DNA of 64,000 nucleotides from Podarcis cretensis (GCA_951804945.1 OX638150.1:40052001-40116000); one strand, 5' to 3'; numbered from the stretch's first letter, positions 12,891 to 26,633 are shown. A program made the numbers and translations. The notes: generated by a model not told the origin, from the letters alone.

Positions 12891-13439
12891 TACACATTCT
12901 GGATAATCCCACTCAGCAGTTTAATGTAGATGTTACATGACTACATCATTTTTTATTTGATTTTTTATTTACCTTCTCACCTCCTCCTAATCTAGTGGGA
13001 ACTCTTTCATTAACAATACTGCCAGTAGATGTTTCATTGACTGTTTGTCTCTAGAACTTTCACTTTGGATAATGGCTGTCTCATAAATTAATAGTTCCAG
13101 ACTTGGTTAAAATCTCACACCAACCAGCATAGAGTCTGGACCACATTTTTAATAAGGAGCTGGAGTCCAGTGTCAGGTTATGCTTCCTACCCCTTAGGCC
13201 ACATTTTGTATGTTATCCTCATTCCTGTACCATTTGTTCAATTACGGTAACTTTATTCGTGGGGGTCTGGATTCACAAGTACCCAAGATCAATACATAGA
13301 CAAAACAGTTTTGGTATAATAATTGAAATATGCTAATTAGACAGCAACAGATTTGATGGTAAACTTTCTTCTAAGGTGTTTGAGCAGAGCAGGTTCACAT
13401 GAGTAAACCTTTTGACTGTACTTTCTACTCACTTATATG

Positions 13440-13750
13440 AGATTGCTTATTTCACTTTTAGCCAGTCTTTCATTCCATAGAGTCCCAGGACAGCATACAG
13501 CATACAAACCCCAACAAAATTCTAACCCACACCACACACAATAACATGGTGAAAAACCAACAACATATATATACAACCATATAGCAGTTCAACAGCAGGC
13601 ATAAAAATAGAGATCACTAATCTCCACACCCAAATACCTGGTAGGGAAAGATGCATCTTCATGTGATGCCAAAAGGTCTTTGAAGAGGAAGGCAACGGTA
13701 TCACCTTTGGGGGAGAGTTCCACAAATGAGGTGCCACCACAGAGTGTTGT
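13440..13750 (-). mobile_element. L2-type LINE 3' fragment
   Basis: ORF 13522..13740(-) begins VAPHLWNSPPKVI..SSSKTF..MKMHL, the degenerate L2 C-terminal 'APxLWNxLP' motif. Confidence 0.65.
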
Positions 13751-16700
13751 CTTGCAGTGTATATGAGTGTGGGTTGTAGATCTTAGCTCTAGCAACTTCA
13801 GTCATCACTGACACTCTTTGACTTTGCTGTTGCTGCAATTTGTAAGCTGATGCCTCTCACGTTTATTTCTCTCTCATAAGCTCATGATACTTGTAAAGTG
13901 ATGAGAAAAGCAGCACAAGGTAGTTTGTGAACTAGATATTTGTTGCAAGCCAGTCTTAAAATAAAACATGCACACACACACTTGTTTCATCTGTGTGGTT
14001 TTTTGGTGGAGTATATTCTAAATTAGGTTTACGACCACGGTTAAGTTATACTCTGTCCAGATGTGGTTAAGGCTGTGAGAAACTAGCATGTTGTCAATTT
14101 ACTTAACTTTTTTATTTTTTAAAAAATGGAAAGTTGGGAGAGGGGAAGCAATTTACCTTTATGATTGATCTTCAGGAAAACTTTAGTTGTGGTGGTCCCT
14201 TTAGATGCAGTGCCAGATTTACCCCCGGAAGCACCGATGGCCGGAAGAACAAAGACTTATTAAAGGGTTGCAGTGATGGAATATAGAGATAGCATCAGAC
14301 AAAGAGAAAACTTAGTAGTTAATAAAATTAATCTGCCTGTGTAATCTGCAGTGGCACTACATTCCCAAATATACTTATCTCTTAAAATACAAGAATGATT
14401 AGGTTTTGTTCTTTAGCTTGTAGGATAGCTGCCTGAACTGTTTCAGATTAAGAATGCCTCTTGCATGGCAACAAAATATTAAGTGATGAAATATTAGTGG
14501 AAAGCTGCTTATCTACCAAAAGTTACTTTAAATAGCATCAGAATTGGAATGTCTATGCATTTGGGGCCTTAAATATAATGTTTGGAGCCCGGGAATAACT
14601 TTCATCTATTTTCTCAAGAATAACCCAAGATGTGAATTAATTATTATTTTTATGGTTTTAATGATATTAAAAGCAAAATTTCTCATCCATTTTCAGGAAT
14701 GACTATTTCACAATTCCAGGAAAAGTAAAATATACACTAATAAGATGCCCCCCTACCTACCAATAATATCATGTAGGAAAAAAACACATATAGTAATATT
14801 TACAGTAATATAGAAAAATATTACTGTAAAACAGCCGGTTTCTCACTTAATAAATGAAATATCTGAGGGAATAGCATGACACTCCTGTTCAGTTATCGCT
14901 GCTATTGCCCTTTGGATATGCTTGTGCTCTGAAGTTATGGAAGTTGACAACACCAAATGTTTCTGTACTGTTGGTTTTCAGTCTATTAATTCTTGATAGG
15001 AATTAAGACCATCAATGGTACAGCACTGGCTCTGTCACAAAGCTATTGTGGGTATGTATTCTAATACAAAAGCAGCAAGATATCTGCAACTTGGATGCTT
15101 GGGCATCAGCAGAAGGAAAGAGTAGGTGGTAATTAATGCCTGTAGGGCCAAGACAAGTGTTATACATTTTTGAAGTACCACAGGCAAAACGTCTCTCTTC
15201 TGTTTATCTTCTCTACATCATCTCGTTTCTTATTACAGCCAAGCTGTATGTAATGTTACCAGTAGACTCATGACAACCCATTTCATGCAGAGGTTTTTTC
15301 AGTTAAGTGAAGGGGCTTCATTTCACGTAATCCTTTATTTTATTTTATTTTTTTAAAAAATAGGTGGGAACTTTTTTGGACTGACCTTTTACAAGGTACA
15401 TTAGCAGCTTCAGAAAGTAAGTCCTCTGTTTATTAAATAGCACAGGAGACAAAACAGTCCATTTGGAAGTGCTTCTTTTTACAAAAATATTTGAGAAATG
15501 GTTTTGCCCAACCAGACTGCATTAAAAACTGGGAGAAAAACATTATACATCAGCTAAACATCTGCCCTTTTTAACTAGGCAGTTAAAATAGCATGATTCT
15601 CTGGATGTTTCCATCAAGGGTTCTCTAAAGTCTTAGACAGTTTAAATGTACTTGGTAGAGGACAGCCTGCTTAATCCTGGCTGTCTACTCTTTGACATTA
15701 CAGGTTTTCTCATCATAAGCAAGTTACAAGTTTCTTTATGGTTAAGACTAGTCACATCTGCTCTAGTGGCATGTGTCTGAAGGGTAAAACGTTTCCTAAA
15801 GCATGTTCAGTTGTCTTGATTTTATATAAGAACACAAACTTGGCTTGGCCTTTACTCTCAACCTCATTAGTAAGAGTACAGTGTTCTGCATGTTTATTTA
15901 GAAGTAAGCTCCTAAATAAATGTGCCTTGGATTGCAGACTTGGTTGGAGTCATCACTGCTTCTGCTGGATAACCTGGTGTTTATGCAAGAGAGATACAAA
16001 AGCTTGTGGCCATTTCCCACATGTTCTTTTCTACACACACAAAATGTGTCTTAAGGGCAGTGTTTAAACTCCCATTGTTCTTGGCGCAATTTGTGACAGG
16101 GAATTTCATTAGCACGAGCAGTTTCTGAGCTCTGGGCGCAGTACTACGACTAAGATTTCAGATTAAAACTGCAGAATGGAATGAAAGGAGGACCTCCCCA
16201 TTTCTAGCTACTCTCTGAAGACTGGAGCAGAGACCGGCTTAAGAATATTCGGGGGGTGGGCAGGGGAAGGACTAGACCATGTGAAAAATGAACATAATAT
16301 TTTAGCTGTGGTTCATTTTCAGCTTTGTATTCTTGTTATTAAAAAGTGTGCCTAGACATTCTGTTGTTGTGCCCATAACCTAGGTTTAAGGTGCCGTTTA
16401 GCTCCTAGCTTTCATAGGGGGGAAGTGTACACTTTCTGCTCACAGATTTGGTGGGGGGAGGTACACTAGAAACATGGAATGACCTTTTTGGAGGAAAATG
16501 GGGTGCAATCTACATAACCCTTAAAATGGAGAGCAATTAATGAAGTAATCACATGTGCAAGGCTGATTTTTCTATGTGAACTAAGTCTGGCTTCTTATTG
16601 GTCTTTATGTTTCAATGTAGTTAGCCTTCACAGGAAAAGTGAGAGTCATTGTATCCCAAGTTAGTCCATGCTAAGTAAGCCACTTTCAGTGTTGTGTTGT

Positions 16701-19700
16701 TGACCAGTGACAGCTACTAACTTGGTAGAACATGCAAAAGTGTATAATTAAATTTGGGGCAACTCTTTCAAGGCACACCTGAACCAATCTCTTGATTCCT
16801 TTGAGTACCCAGGGCTGATTTCAGAACTATAGAAATGACAGGATTTAAATGTTTCAGTATAAATTTACCTGACCAAGTTCTAATCTTACCAGAATTTACT
16901 CCAAAAATTCCTACAAGGTACAAATGCTTCTTTACAATTATTTGGTACCTCTGAGTTCCATTTCTTAAAACATTGTGACAATATAACACATAGCTGCTCT
17001 TTGTGAAATTTAAGTCTGTTTAACACTGGCATCTTCAAAGACAATAAAAATTCCAGCCTGCCATTTATCTATTCCCATGTGAAGAGTTACTGTACTGTAT
17101 ATTGTATCATTCCATGGGAAATTCTTTGGCTTAATAGTTTCATTTATACAGTTGTCCGAGGTCAATTTTCTATTTTGCAGTTGTCAAACAGCTGCCAAAT
17201 TAAGCGGCTATACTCCAAAGTTCATTTACATTTTATGCCATTCTTAGGGTGTCTGCTTCATATCTTAATATAACTAATGATTTAGCTGTGGATCTCCGTC
17301 ATCCTTCCCCACAGATGTTCACACCCTCATGTTCTTTGAGTGCTTAGCAAGTAGCTTTGTTTCTCTTCCAAGGCTTTTAAAAAAAGGTTTAGTCATTTTA
17401 GAAGGGAAAACTATCTCCCTAACAGAAAACAAACATGAAATGGCTGGTAACTGTGATTAATTTGGTAATGCTTCAGTAAAATAGGTTTTTGTTTTGTTTT
17501 TTTGAAATTCTCTTCCATTTTTTTATGTTGCTGGAGCAGAAGGTTGGGGGGGGGTAGAATTAGCATCTGCAAAATGCCCACTGTTCCTTGGGTTTACTAA
17601 TTGATCACAATAATTATTACGTATTTTGGTTTTCTACTTTGTAATGATTTTGTGCGGTTCCTTTGAAAAGCACACGCTGGAAGGAACTTTATCCAGTGAA
17701 GTATCTCTGCAAATCAAGGCATTTTTTTATTGCTGAAATATCAAAGGATTCCACTTTAATAAGGGAACATAGACTACAGTGGAGTTCATTTGTGGTTTTG
17801 TAGTGTAAATGTACATGCATGGGTGAAATATTCAGGATTTTTAAAATGTAGTGCCATGATCAAAGGAATATATCTCCTAATGCCATTGATGTCTTACTAC
17901 AAAGTAGTCAAATAGCCCGGGGTCACCATCCACTTTATAAAAATTCCTTAAAGACAGGTAGGACCCTTGGGTGTTAAATGGATACTTGAGAGTTTGGTAT
18001 ATTTTCTGTCGAAGGAGCAGCAGAGATATATTTACAAGTACTGCCATTCAGGGTAGTGCTGAGGTTCAAAGGGGCCTTGTTAAAAGGTAGCCCTAAAGGC
18101 TTGCCCCCAGTGCATCATGCCAAAAAAGTTTCTGTCTCGTTCCTTTCCAAACTTGGTCAACCCTTCTCAGGACCATGCATAGACAATATACTCTAAGAAG
18201 CAGCTCATATTTAAATGTTTTAAGAGAAGCGTTTTAAAACCCCGTTGAGGTTATTGTGTGCAAATCATTTGAACTTACTGTGTTTGTACTAGGTAAAGGA
18301 AAGCAATACGCTTGCTAGTTGTATACTTTCTTAAGCAAAGATTGGTGCTTTCGGTTGATGGGTTTGTCATTGGGATTGCAATAAAATGCAAGCCAAGGTG
18401 AAATTGGATACAGGTTGGGAGAGCAGATAAAACCAAGTGAAAATTAATGGCAGATGTAAAAGTTATCAGAAAAAGTCTAATCGACTACGTTCATCTGTTA
18501 GTAGCGCTTTAGTAAAAGTATTTTTTCCTTTACCAGATGTGTCTTGCAGCATCTTCAGAGTAAATCATCAGTTTGACTCCTAACATTTTACCTATTGTAC
18601 GTGGTTGAATTATGCTGTCCTTTCTTGTACCGGTTTGTGGTGGTTAGAGGAATAAAGTGTGTGTTCTTAATCTAGACATAATCATAAATGTAGCATCTGA
18701 ATTCCAGCTGCTGAACTGTTTGCAATGGTTTGTTTTAAGAAAAGCAGACAGATATATTTTGTCTCCCTCACTCTTAACTGACCTGTTGTTCCATCTTCAG
18801 TATTCTAGTACCTCATGCAAATATCCCTCTATTATATGGGATGGCCTGTTAATGTCTTTCTCTTCCATTGCCTGGTGAAAAGTTCAGGTGTGGTTGTTGT
18901 AAGTGGGTAGACTGAGGGCAGGATTCCTTGGCAATTGTGACTGGTTGAAGAAGTGTGGGATTTCCAGATATGGATGGCAGGGTGAAGCACTTACAATCAA
19001 TCTGAGATTAAGGGATTGTTAGTATGATCTCCAGGGGGAAATGCAAAATTAAGAGTGTGGGTATTTAGACACTAATTCAGTTGCTCAAAATCTTTTGACA
19101 AAAGAGTGGGTAGAAATTATTGGTAGCTGCTGTGCTTATGTATCCTTTACTAATTGATCTTAGTCACAAATAACTTTATCTGAATCATAGCCATAGGGTA
19201 TTTCTTTCCTCCCTTTATTCAGTGATATTTGTTTTAATGCAAGCCAGCCACCCTCCCCTTTTTGCAACTGAGTTATCCTTATTATTTGCAAGTTCATAAT
19301 GAACTAAATTGTGCAATCACACATTGAGCAAATTCTTGATCTCATAACTTGCGTTATTTTGCTGGGGTGGCGGGAACTGATCAGCATTGACAAAAATGCC
19401 TAGGGTTTCAGCTACACAAGAAATGTTTTTATTTTTCTAGTGTTTTATACTTTAAATAATGTATTTTACTTTCTATTTAGGTTTAATTTTTAAACCTCAG
19501 GTATTTATTTAAGTAACTTATATGCCACTTTACGTTTCAGGAAAAATATCTAAGTAGTTTACAAGTGTTTCATACAAAATAGACTTAATAAAATATTACA
19601 GATAAAATACATAAAACAAAAAAAAAAAGAATTCAGTCATTAAAATAATACAGTCAGCAGCAAGACAAGTTACATCAGAATAGGCCTGAATGACCCTTTA

Positions 19701-22700
19701 GTTAGCTGTGTTGGTTTTTCGGTTGGCATACTAAGAAAGATAAAGTTAGCAAATATGGGTTGTAATTGATGAAGTTGTTCTGTTAGTGCTAGAACTTCTG
19801 CCTGTACAGTTTGACTTCCTTTCCCTAGCTCCTCCTTGTTCATCCTGCACCCCCCATCTGTTTGGGGGTGCTCCGAACCTGCCAGAACAGATTTGGGTGC
19901 AGGGGTAGGTTTCCACCAATACCTTTTCCCTAAATATCTGTATTTGACTATAATTCTACAAAAGCAAGTAAGCTATGTATAGATGACTGATGACAGATAG
20001 ATTTGAGAAGTAAATTTGAAGTGGAATACTAGTGATATTAGCTTTTTTCAATTTTAATTACTTTATTTGACTGCCCAGAAAGCTGTGTGGGAATAAAATA
20101 ACCGAATTTATTGATATCTAAAATTAAGCCTGGTAACAGGAATTTTCTCTTTTAATTCATATAACTTGGCTGTGGAAAGACTGCAGATACATAAAGCAAA
20201 CAAGAGGCTGATAAAACACTTTTTTACACAGATCATAAAGTTAATTATACAAATTTGTAGTAAAGAGTCTAAATTAAGAAATGTTGTTTTTATGGTATAT
20301 TAGGTGGAATTATTTTTATGTAAATGGTTTACCCCAAGGAAACTGTGAAATTGATGCATAAATCTGCTCTGTTCCAGAGCTAAGCATTTGAAATGCAATC
20401 TGTATGGGTTTAATGTCTGTAGACCAGCATGTTCTTTTTTTGCAGTGAGGTCTAGGTGCTACTAATACTGCTGTAACAGGTGCATGTAATTTAACTGCAG
20501 AGCTAGTCAAAATATCTTTAATCTGTCCATATTAAGTTGAACCATGTGGGTGTTTGACTTGAGTTTTCAGTGATGTATTTTCTGTGTTTCTAGATTTTAT
20601 TCCTGCCAGTATGGAGGATAAGCCACATTACTATAGCTACCTTTGCTTGTCCCTGTCCTTTAGGAAGCAACTTAAACTGGGTATTGTCAGGAAAGCTGGT
20701 TTCTTCATCTTTTATGTTATATAGCTGTTGATAGTTCTGGCTAAATAGGCTTACTCTTTGTTCTGAACACCTCCTGTAAAAGTAAAACAACTTTGTAGAA
20801 GAGAGGTAGAGCTTTTCTCCAATGAACGCAGCATGTTTTATTGCCCTGAGCTCAGTGGCTGTCTTGCAGGGGAGAAACAAGGTATCGTGAAGAGAGAATA
20901 ATAGCATGCAGCTATTTGAATGTTGTTGTTTTTTTAAAAAAAAATACTTAGGGAAATCAACGAGTAAAAATAGCGGGCCATTATTGTGTCATCTGCTCCA
21001 AGACTCCAAGAAGGTTAAAGGATTCTTTAAGCCAGTCCAGGCTGTAACTGGAAATAGCTGTTGCCTTTTTCCTTTCATAAATGTATCTAGTGCTTTTCAT
21101 GAACTATCACTGGTATAATTGTGGTAAAGTGAAATACGTTGTTGTGGAATGTGGAGATCTCTGCTAAACACTAGAGTTTCTAGCATGGAAATCATCACCC
21201 TAACTCATAGCAGCAGGTAAGTTGCTTTCCGCCCCCTTCCTGATTAGAAGCCTTCCAAAAGAAAAGTTCTTTAGATTGCATGACTAGTTTTTGTAGCCGA
21301 ATTATTTCACAGTGACTGGTGTTGCAGATTATTTATTTTAAAGGTAAATAGAAGCAGACTACAGCTAGCATGAATATGCTCCTTTAAGCTTGCAAAAGGC
21401 ACAGATTCCAGCCTTAAATGCCCAACTATATTCAGTGTTCAACAGTCAATTTTATCCTGCCATGAGCTCTTATTAGTTGACAAAGAGGAAAAATTGTTAT
21501 TGCATGCGGCTATCTAGCTGGGTGGTCTTCCAGGAGCTATAATCAACACTGTCTTTCTCATCAATACGCAGTTCAACACTACAAATTTATCTTATCGTGT
21601 GGTAACAGCAAGGGTTTACTCTAAGAATTGTGAGAAATTGCAAATGGGCTTTCAAAAGGAAGCAGGATGAATTGCATTTAGACTTGGGTTCCTTTGTGGC
21701 ATAGCAACTGTAAAGATTTTTTTCCTTACTTTTCATGCTAAATTTGCCAGTTGGGTTTTTTGTGTTGGTCTAATTTTTTAAAGTTATTTCTCCTCTGCAA
21801 TGAGTCATTACCGCTACTTTCAACAAATGAATAGCCATTTTAGTTAAGATTTATTACAAAGAAATGCACATTAGAAACAATCATCTTGATAGACATGTAA
21901 AATTAGTTTGGTGATTCGTAGGCTGTGAAACTGTTAAGTACTGTTAGGTAAATTGCCATGGCACATATGCACTATTTAATCCATTGCATAAATAAAATAG
22001 TTTTGAAATATTGTTATGCATGTCTAGAGAATGTGAAAATGCTGACTGTTTAAACACAAAAGAGCATATTTGCAAAAGGAAGCTGAAAATTAGCTTGTCA
22101 AATATGGTAGAATAATATGGGTAAGAAGAAGAAGGTAATATTGAGCAAGTTATTAAGGAAACTGCTTTCTATTGATTCATTATTGTAATGTTCTGGAATG
22201 TTATACATTTGCTGGGGGGCAGAAGGGGGGAGGGATCTTTTTATTTCTTTCATTTTCCCCTTTTTGTCTTCAATGAAAATGAAGAATAACAACCTCAGAC
22301 AGTACCAGTAGAGTATGTGCATGTATATTGACCTGTTTCCTTTATGGCACTTGTGAGAAGGCTCCACTTTTATTATGCAGACACTAAGAAGACTTCAGAA
22401 TTAATGTTCTGGGTATCAGAAGACATCCCACCCCACTTTCAGTTTTTAAAATACACGTCAACACTTAAGTTGGGTAGACAGCAGCACTAATCATATTAAG
22501 CACAGTCTCCAAACTCACGGGGAATGCATAATTAATTCATTGTTTTAGAGGTGCTCATTTACTGGTCAAGGGCAAGCAGTCCATGCATAGCTCCTCATAT
22601 GATTAAAGAGCAGAGAGCCAGTGTGCTGTTCAGTGTGACACTGCCATTCCCTCTGCCCACTAAATCTTGTTTGTTACACCTCTACCATGAGCCAAAACCA

Positions 22701-24089
22701 TCAAGCGGTTTCCATTAAAGTGTTTGCCACGTAGAGTGCAGTAGGGTAGTAAATGCTAATTCAGTGTCAATTAGAAAAATGCCTCTAATGGGGGGAGGGG
22801 GGGTGTAGTTAAAAAGAGGCACTTCTGTTGATTCATTGCTGAGTCTCAAGCTCTCTTCCCCCCTCCCTTCTCCATTCCTCAGTACTGTGCACTGTAAGCC
22901 TCTTTCAACACTTTATGTTTATTATTTTATAGCAAGTTTAGCTTGGATGCACTTTGCTCTGTCCTTTTATTTTACTTTAAATGTAATCCCAGAGTTTACC
23001 TCTGTACTTAAGCCCCTTTAAAACCCTGCTTCACAAGTGCATCGTTACATTCCGCAAGTCTTAATGGTTAAAAGGTTTAATATGAATTTAAACGTAATCC
23101 TAGCATTCGGGAAATCGGTGGTCATCTGAATTAATCCTGTTTAGTTTTACCCCTGCATTTCGGGTGCACGCTAAAAGTGTGCTCAGAATTAAACTAATGC
23201 ACATAATATCTGCTTATGTAAACATGGACTTCATTAATATGGCTGGTGAAGTTCTGGATGAAAGGCAGCTTATATCAGCTTCATCTCCGTTACTTTTAAA
23301 TAGGCATATGAAAAGCATTATGTTTTGACTGTGGCTGACTCCAGTGCAGTTACTATGGGTGCAAGTCCCACAAAAGCTGGGTCTCATTGATTTCATTTGG
23401 GGACAGTTAACTCCATCTTTAAAATCAGTGTGATTAATTTTGGAACTGGTATATATCCTCAGTATGAAATATACACTGTGACCTATTGGTTAGTAAGTCA
23501 GAACAGAAAGACAGTTTGGGAGTAAAATTTTGTTTCTATATTTGTTATGTATAACTCAATTTCCCCCCCCCCCTAAATCTGATAAACTAGTGCATCTTAA
23601 GTTATTGTTTGTATACAGTGATTTTTCAAGACTTTTGTTTCCAACCATGAGATATAAAAACTTCATTACACTTTCCTTGAAACCTTGAATTCCTGTTTTG
23701 AAGCAATTACAGGGAATTGAAGGCATAATAAATTGGAAAAAGAAATTGTGCATACATATGATGCACTAAACCTCTGCCGACCCTCAGATAAGCACATTCT
23801 GTCCATTTATTCCTCTGTCATTAAATTGACTTCACAATTTATTCTTTTCTTAAGTCAAGGGCAGCTTTACACGTACAGTACAAGGAAAAGGCATGTGCAC
23901 TTCATTGTCTAGCATTGCAGTGAATGAAGATGCTCTTGGGTGTGCAGGAGCCTAGTACATTGCAGATCTTGCCTGTGGGAAAAAAAGTTTAGGTCTGAAG
24001 AAGCTACGACATTTCCATGGCAACCTTCCTATGTACATTTGCATGTATACTTACAATACTCTGTGTTTATGTAACACATTCAAAGCAAT

Positions 24090-24270
24090 GTACACCTAGA
24101 TTCTCAGAAATTCTCACAGCAGTTTTATATAGTAGCCAGTATTATTTCCCTGTTTCAGCGGGGAGCCTGAGACGGTGGCTTGCCTAAGACAATCAAGTGA
24201 GTGCATGGTTGAGATGAGGTTTGAATCAAGGTTTCCTTCCTTACAGCTTCTTCTTAATCATTGCACTCCC
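24090..24270 (-). mobile_element. MIR/CORE-like SINE relic
   Basis: 'tattatttccctgtttcagcggggagcctgagac...cttgcctaagac...tttgaatcaagg' resembles the reverse CORE domain and B box. Confidence 0.55.
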
Positions 24271-24859
24271 CTAACTTTCTCATTAACTAAGCATGCATGG
24301 ATATATAATATGGTTTTCTAATGTTTTGATGGTAGCACACAGCAGTACTGGATTGAATTAGGACATAGTTTAAGTTGTATATTCTCCCCTTGGTGTCAGT
24401 ACAGTATGTGGATGATTTATATGGGAACTAACATAGATTGCATTTTCTCCCCTCTGCTGCTATATAATGTGTTTCTCTTCCAGAGTGTCAAAATTGTGCT
24501 TTATAAAACCCACATTAAAGTTATTTTTTATCTTCCCCATGTTTGTGTTTCATTAATTTGAATTACATTTCTAATAGAGCCTTTGCATTTTCAACGCTGT
24601 GTGAGGTTTTAAATTGGAGAAGCAAGCCACAATATTTTTTTATATAAAAGAAAAAAAGAAACACACACCACTGCCTGAATCTCTGCACTTGGATGCAAGT
24701 CAGACTGTCTTTTTTTCTTTCTTCTGTCTCTCTCTCCTTTTTTGCAGTGGATAAACTTCAAAGGCATGTTGTCAGAAGAATTTAAAGTTAGAACTTACAT
24801 GGTGGTGTGTGCGTAGACTGAAAAATAATTAGGTGTCTCAACAGTAACGAACTTTACAT

Positions 24860-24899
24860 GGTATCTGAAGAAGTGTGCATGCACACGAAAGCTCATACC
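24860..24899 (+). ncRNA. Minimal type I hammerhead ribozyme motif
   Basis: Stem I GGTAT/ATACC; core CUGAAGA; an extra A; stem II GTGTGC-AT-GCACAC; GAAA; palindromic AGCU stem III; NUH triplet CUC with predicted cleavage after 24894. Confidence 0.75.
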
Positions 24900-24992
24900 T
24901 AGAACTAACTTAGTTGGTCTTTAAGGTGCTACTGGAAGGAATTTTTTTTGTTTTGACTATGGCAGACCAACACGGCTACCTATCTGTAACTG
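24861..24992 (+). mobile_element. Penelope-like element terminal fragment containing a minimal hammerhead ribozyme
   Basis: CTGAAGAAGTGTGCATGCACACGAAAGCTCATACC...TTAGTTGGTCTTTAAGGTGCTACTGGA...GCAGACCAACACGGCTACC resembles reptile Penelope termini. Flanked by a 12-bp direct repeat gaactttacatg (24849-24860 and 24993-25004). Confidence 0.85.
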
Positions 24993-25584
24993 GAACTTTA
25001 CATGCTATGCTGTGCAATTCACTCGCTGTGTGGTGTATTGGCCCATAACCTGAGTAATATTGTTTCTTTGTACAAAATGTAATTTGAAACCACATCCTCA
25101 TTTTTCCAGTATGTTAAATTGGAATAATGAAGATTAACTGAATATGTTAAGGTACATCACACGAAAGCACTCTGAAACAAGGACTTGTGTTGCTGCAACT
25201 CAATGCAGCATCTTGAACTTGATCCTTTCAAGCTCTGCCACACTTGTACTTAGAAACTTCTTTGAGTTCCGCTACCCTCTGTTGAAATAGGTACGTAGGA
25301 TTGAGTTTGTTTTATTCAGGCTTTGTTATATTATTTTACCTATCTGCGAAATTTGCTCGCCTTTCTTAAGGAGAAAGGTCTTAGGTGAAACTGTCATGAA
25401 TAAACTAGGGCTATATGAGCCTCCCTGAGAAGGGAATGCTAAGAGTGGGGTTCCATGATGGAAAAAGTTCTATCTCTGGTATCCACCCACCTTCTGGTAG
25501 TAGTGACAGGACTTCAAGAAATACCTTGGAGAACTATCTAAAGAAATGGGTAGGTTCATATTTGAGGAGAAATTCACATGCCTG

Positions 25585-25712
25585 TATGAAACTACCTTAT
25601 GCCTACTCAGACTATTGATCCATCTAGTCTCCACCGCCCCCCAAATCATCATCTTCCTGGTAAATTAAAAGAGTTGCCAACTATTGAACCTGGAACTTCT
25701 TGCATGCAAAAG
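25585..25712 (-). mobile_element. Degenerate tRNA-derived squamate SINE (Squam3-like)
   Basis: 'actcagactattgatccatctagtc...ttgaacctggaacttcttgcatgcaaaa' is homologous to 34570-34730 and 60235-60428. Confidence 0.55.
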
Positions 25713-26627
25713 TGAACTGGTGGAGTTGTTATGAGTGTGTTATGAGTGTGTTTCTTTAAACTATTTACATAAAACACCAGCCATTGTGTGTCTTCACCTC
25801 ATACGAGAATGTGCACATAGCAGCAGCATAAGCAGTCCAGTAAAAATAAGCCCCATGATAGTAATACTTTTGAAAATTTCACACAGTTACTGGTGAATGT
25901 GTGTAGACTGTGCCTTGTGAATGGGCAATGTATGAAATACTCTGTTTATGCCACCAGGCTCTGCACATTCCCTAGCATTGTTTGACAGGGCAATATGCAC
26001 AGCTTGATGAACTGTTCATTTCTGCACATTGTTCTCCGTGTTCAGAGAAATGTCTTCAAACACTGATGGAACACAGATCACAAAGAAGATCACCTAGTTT
26101 CTTGTGGCTGGCGTTAACATAATGGGGTCTGCCACAGGGAAGACCTTCCACACACTGCCTCTACCTGTGTCTCAGAAGGCAGTGGCACACACAAGAGGAC
26201 CGCACATCAGCTGATCTTCCAGTAGCTTGGCCCCAAAATGTTTAGGACTTGAAATGTGATTGCCAGTGCCTTGAGTTATACTCGGAAACAAACTGGCAGC
26301 TGGCGCAGCTGATAAAATAAAGGGGCCACATGATACCACCACTTGGCATGCAATGGAGACATGTGGGATATTATTGTATGGAATATTTATTGACCTCAAT
26401 GCAGCAGGTGCTTCTGCACACAGGAAATAAGATGTGAACCAAGGGCCTATCAGCTCAAGACATTTTCTGTTTACTTCACTGAAGGAAGCACCATCATGTG
26501 TGAATCTTTGGCACATGGAGCTGTTTGTGACTAAGGAAGCTTACTTTTGTATGCTAGTTCAAAGTACACTGAAGTACACCAGAGTTGTAGATCAGGGAAA
26601 AGAGCTTTAAATGTAAACAAGTAAGGT

Positions 26628-26633
<6 letters not shown>

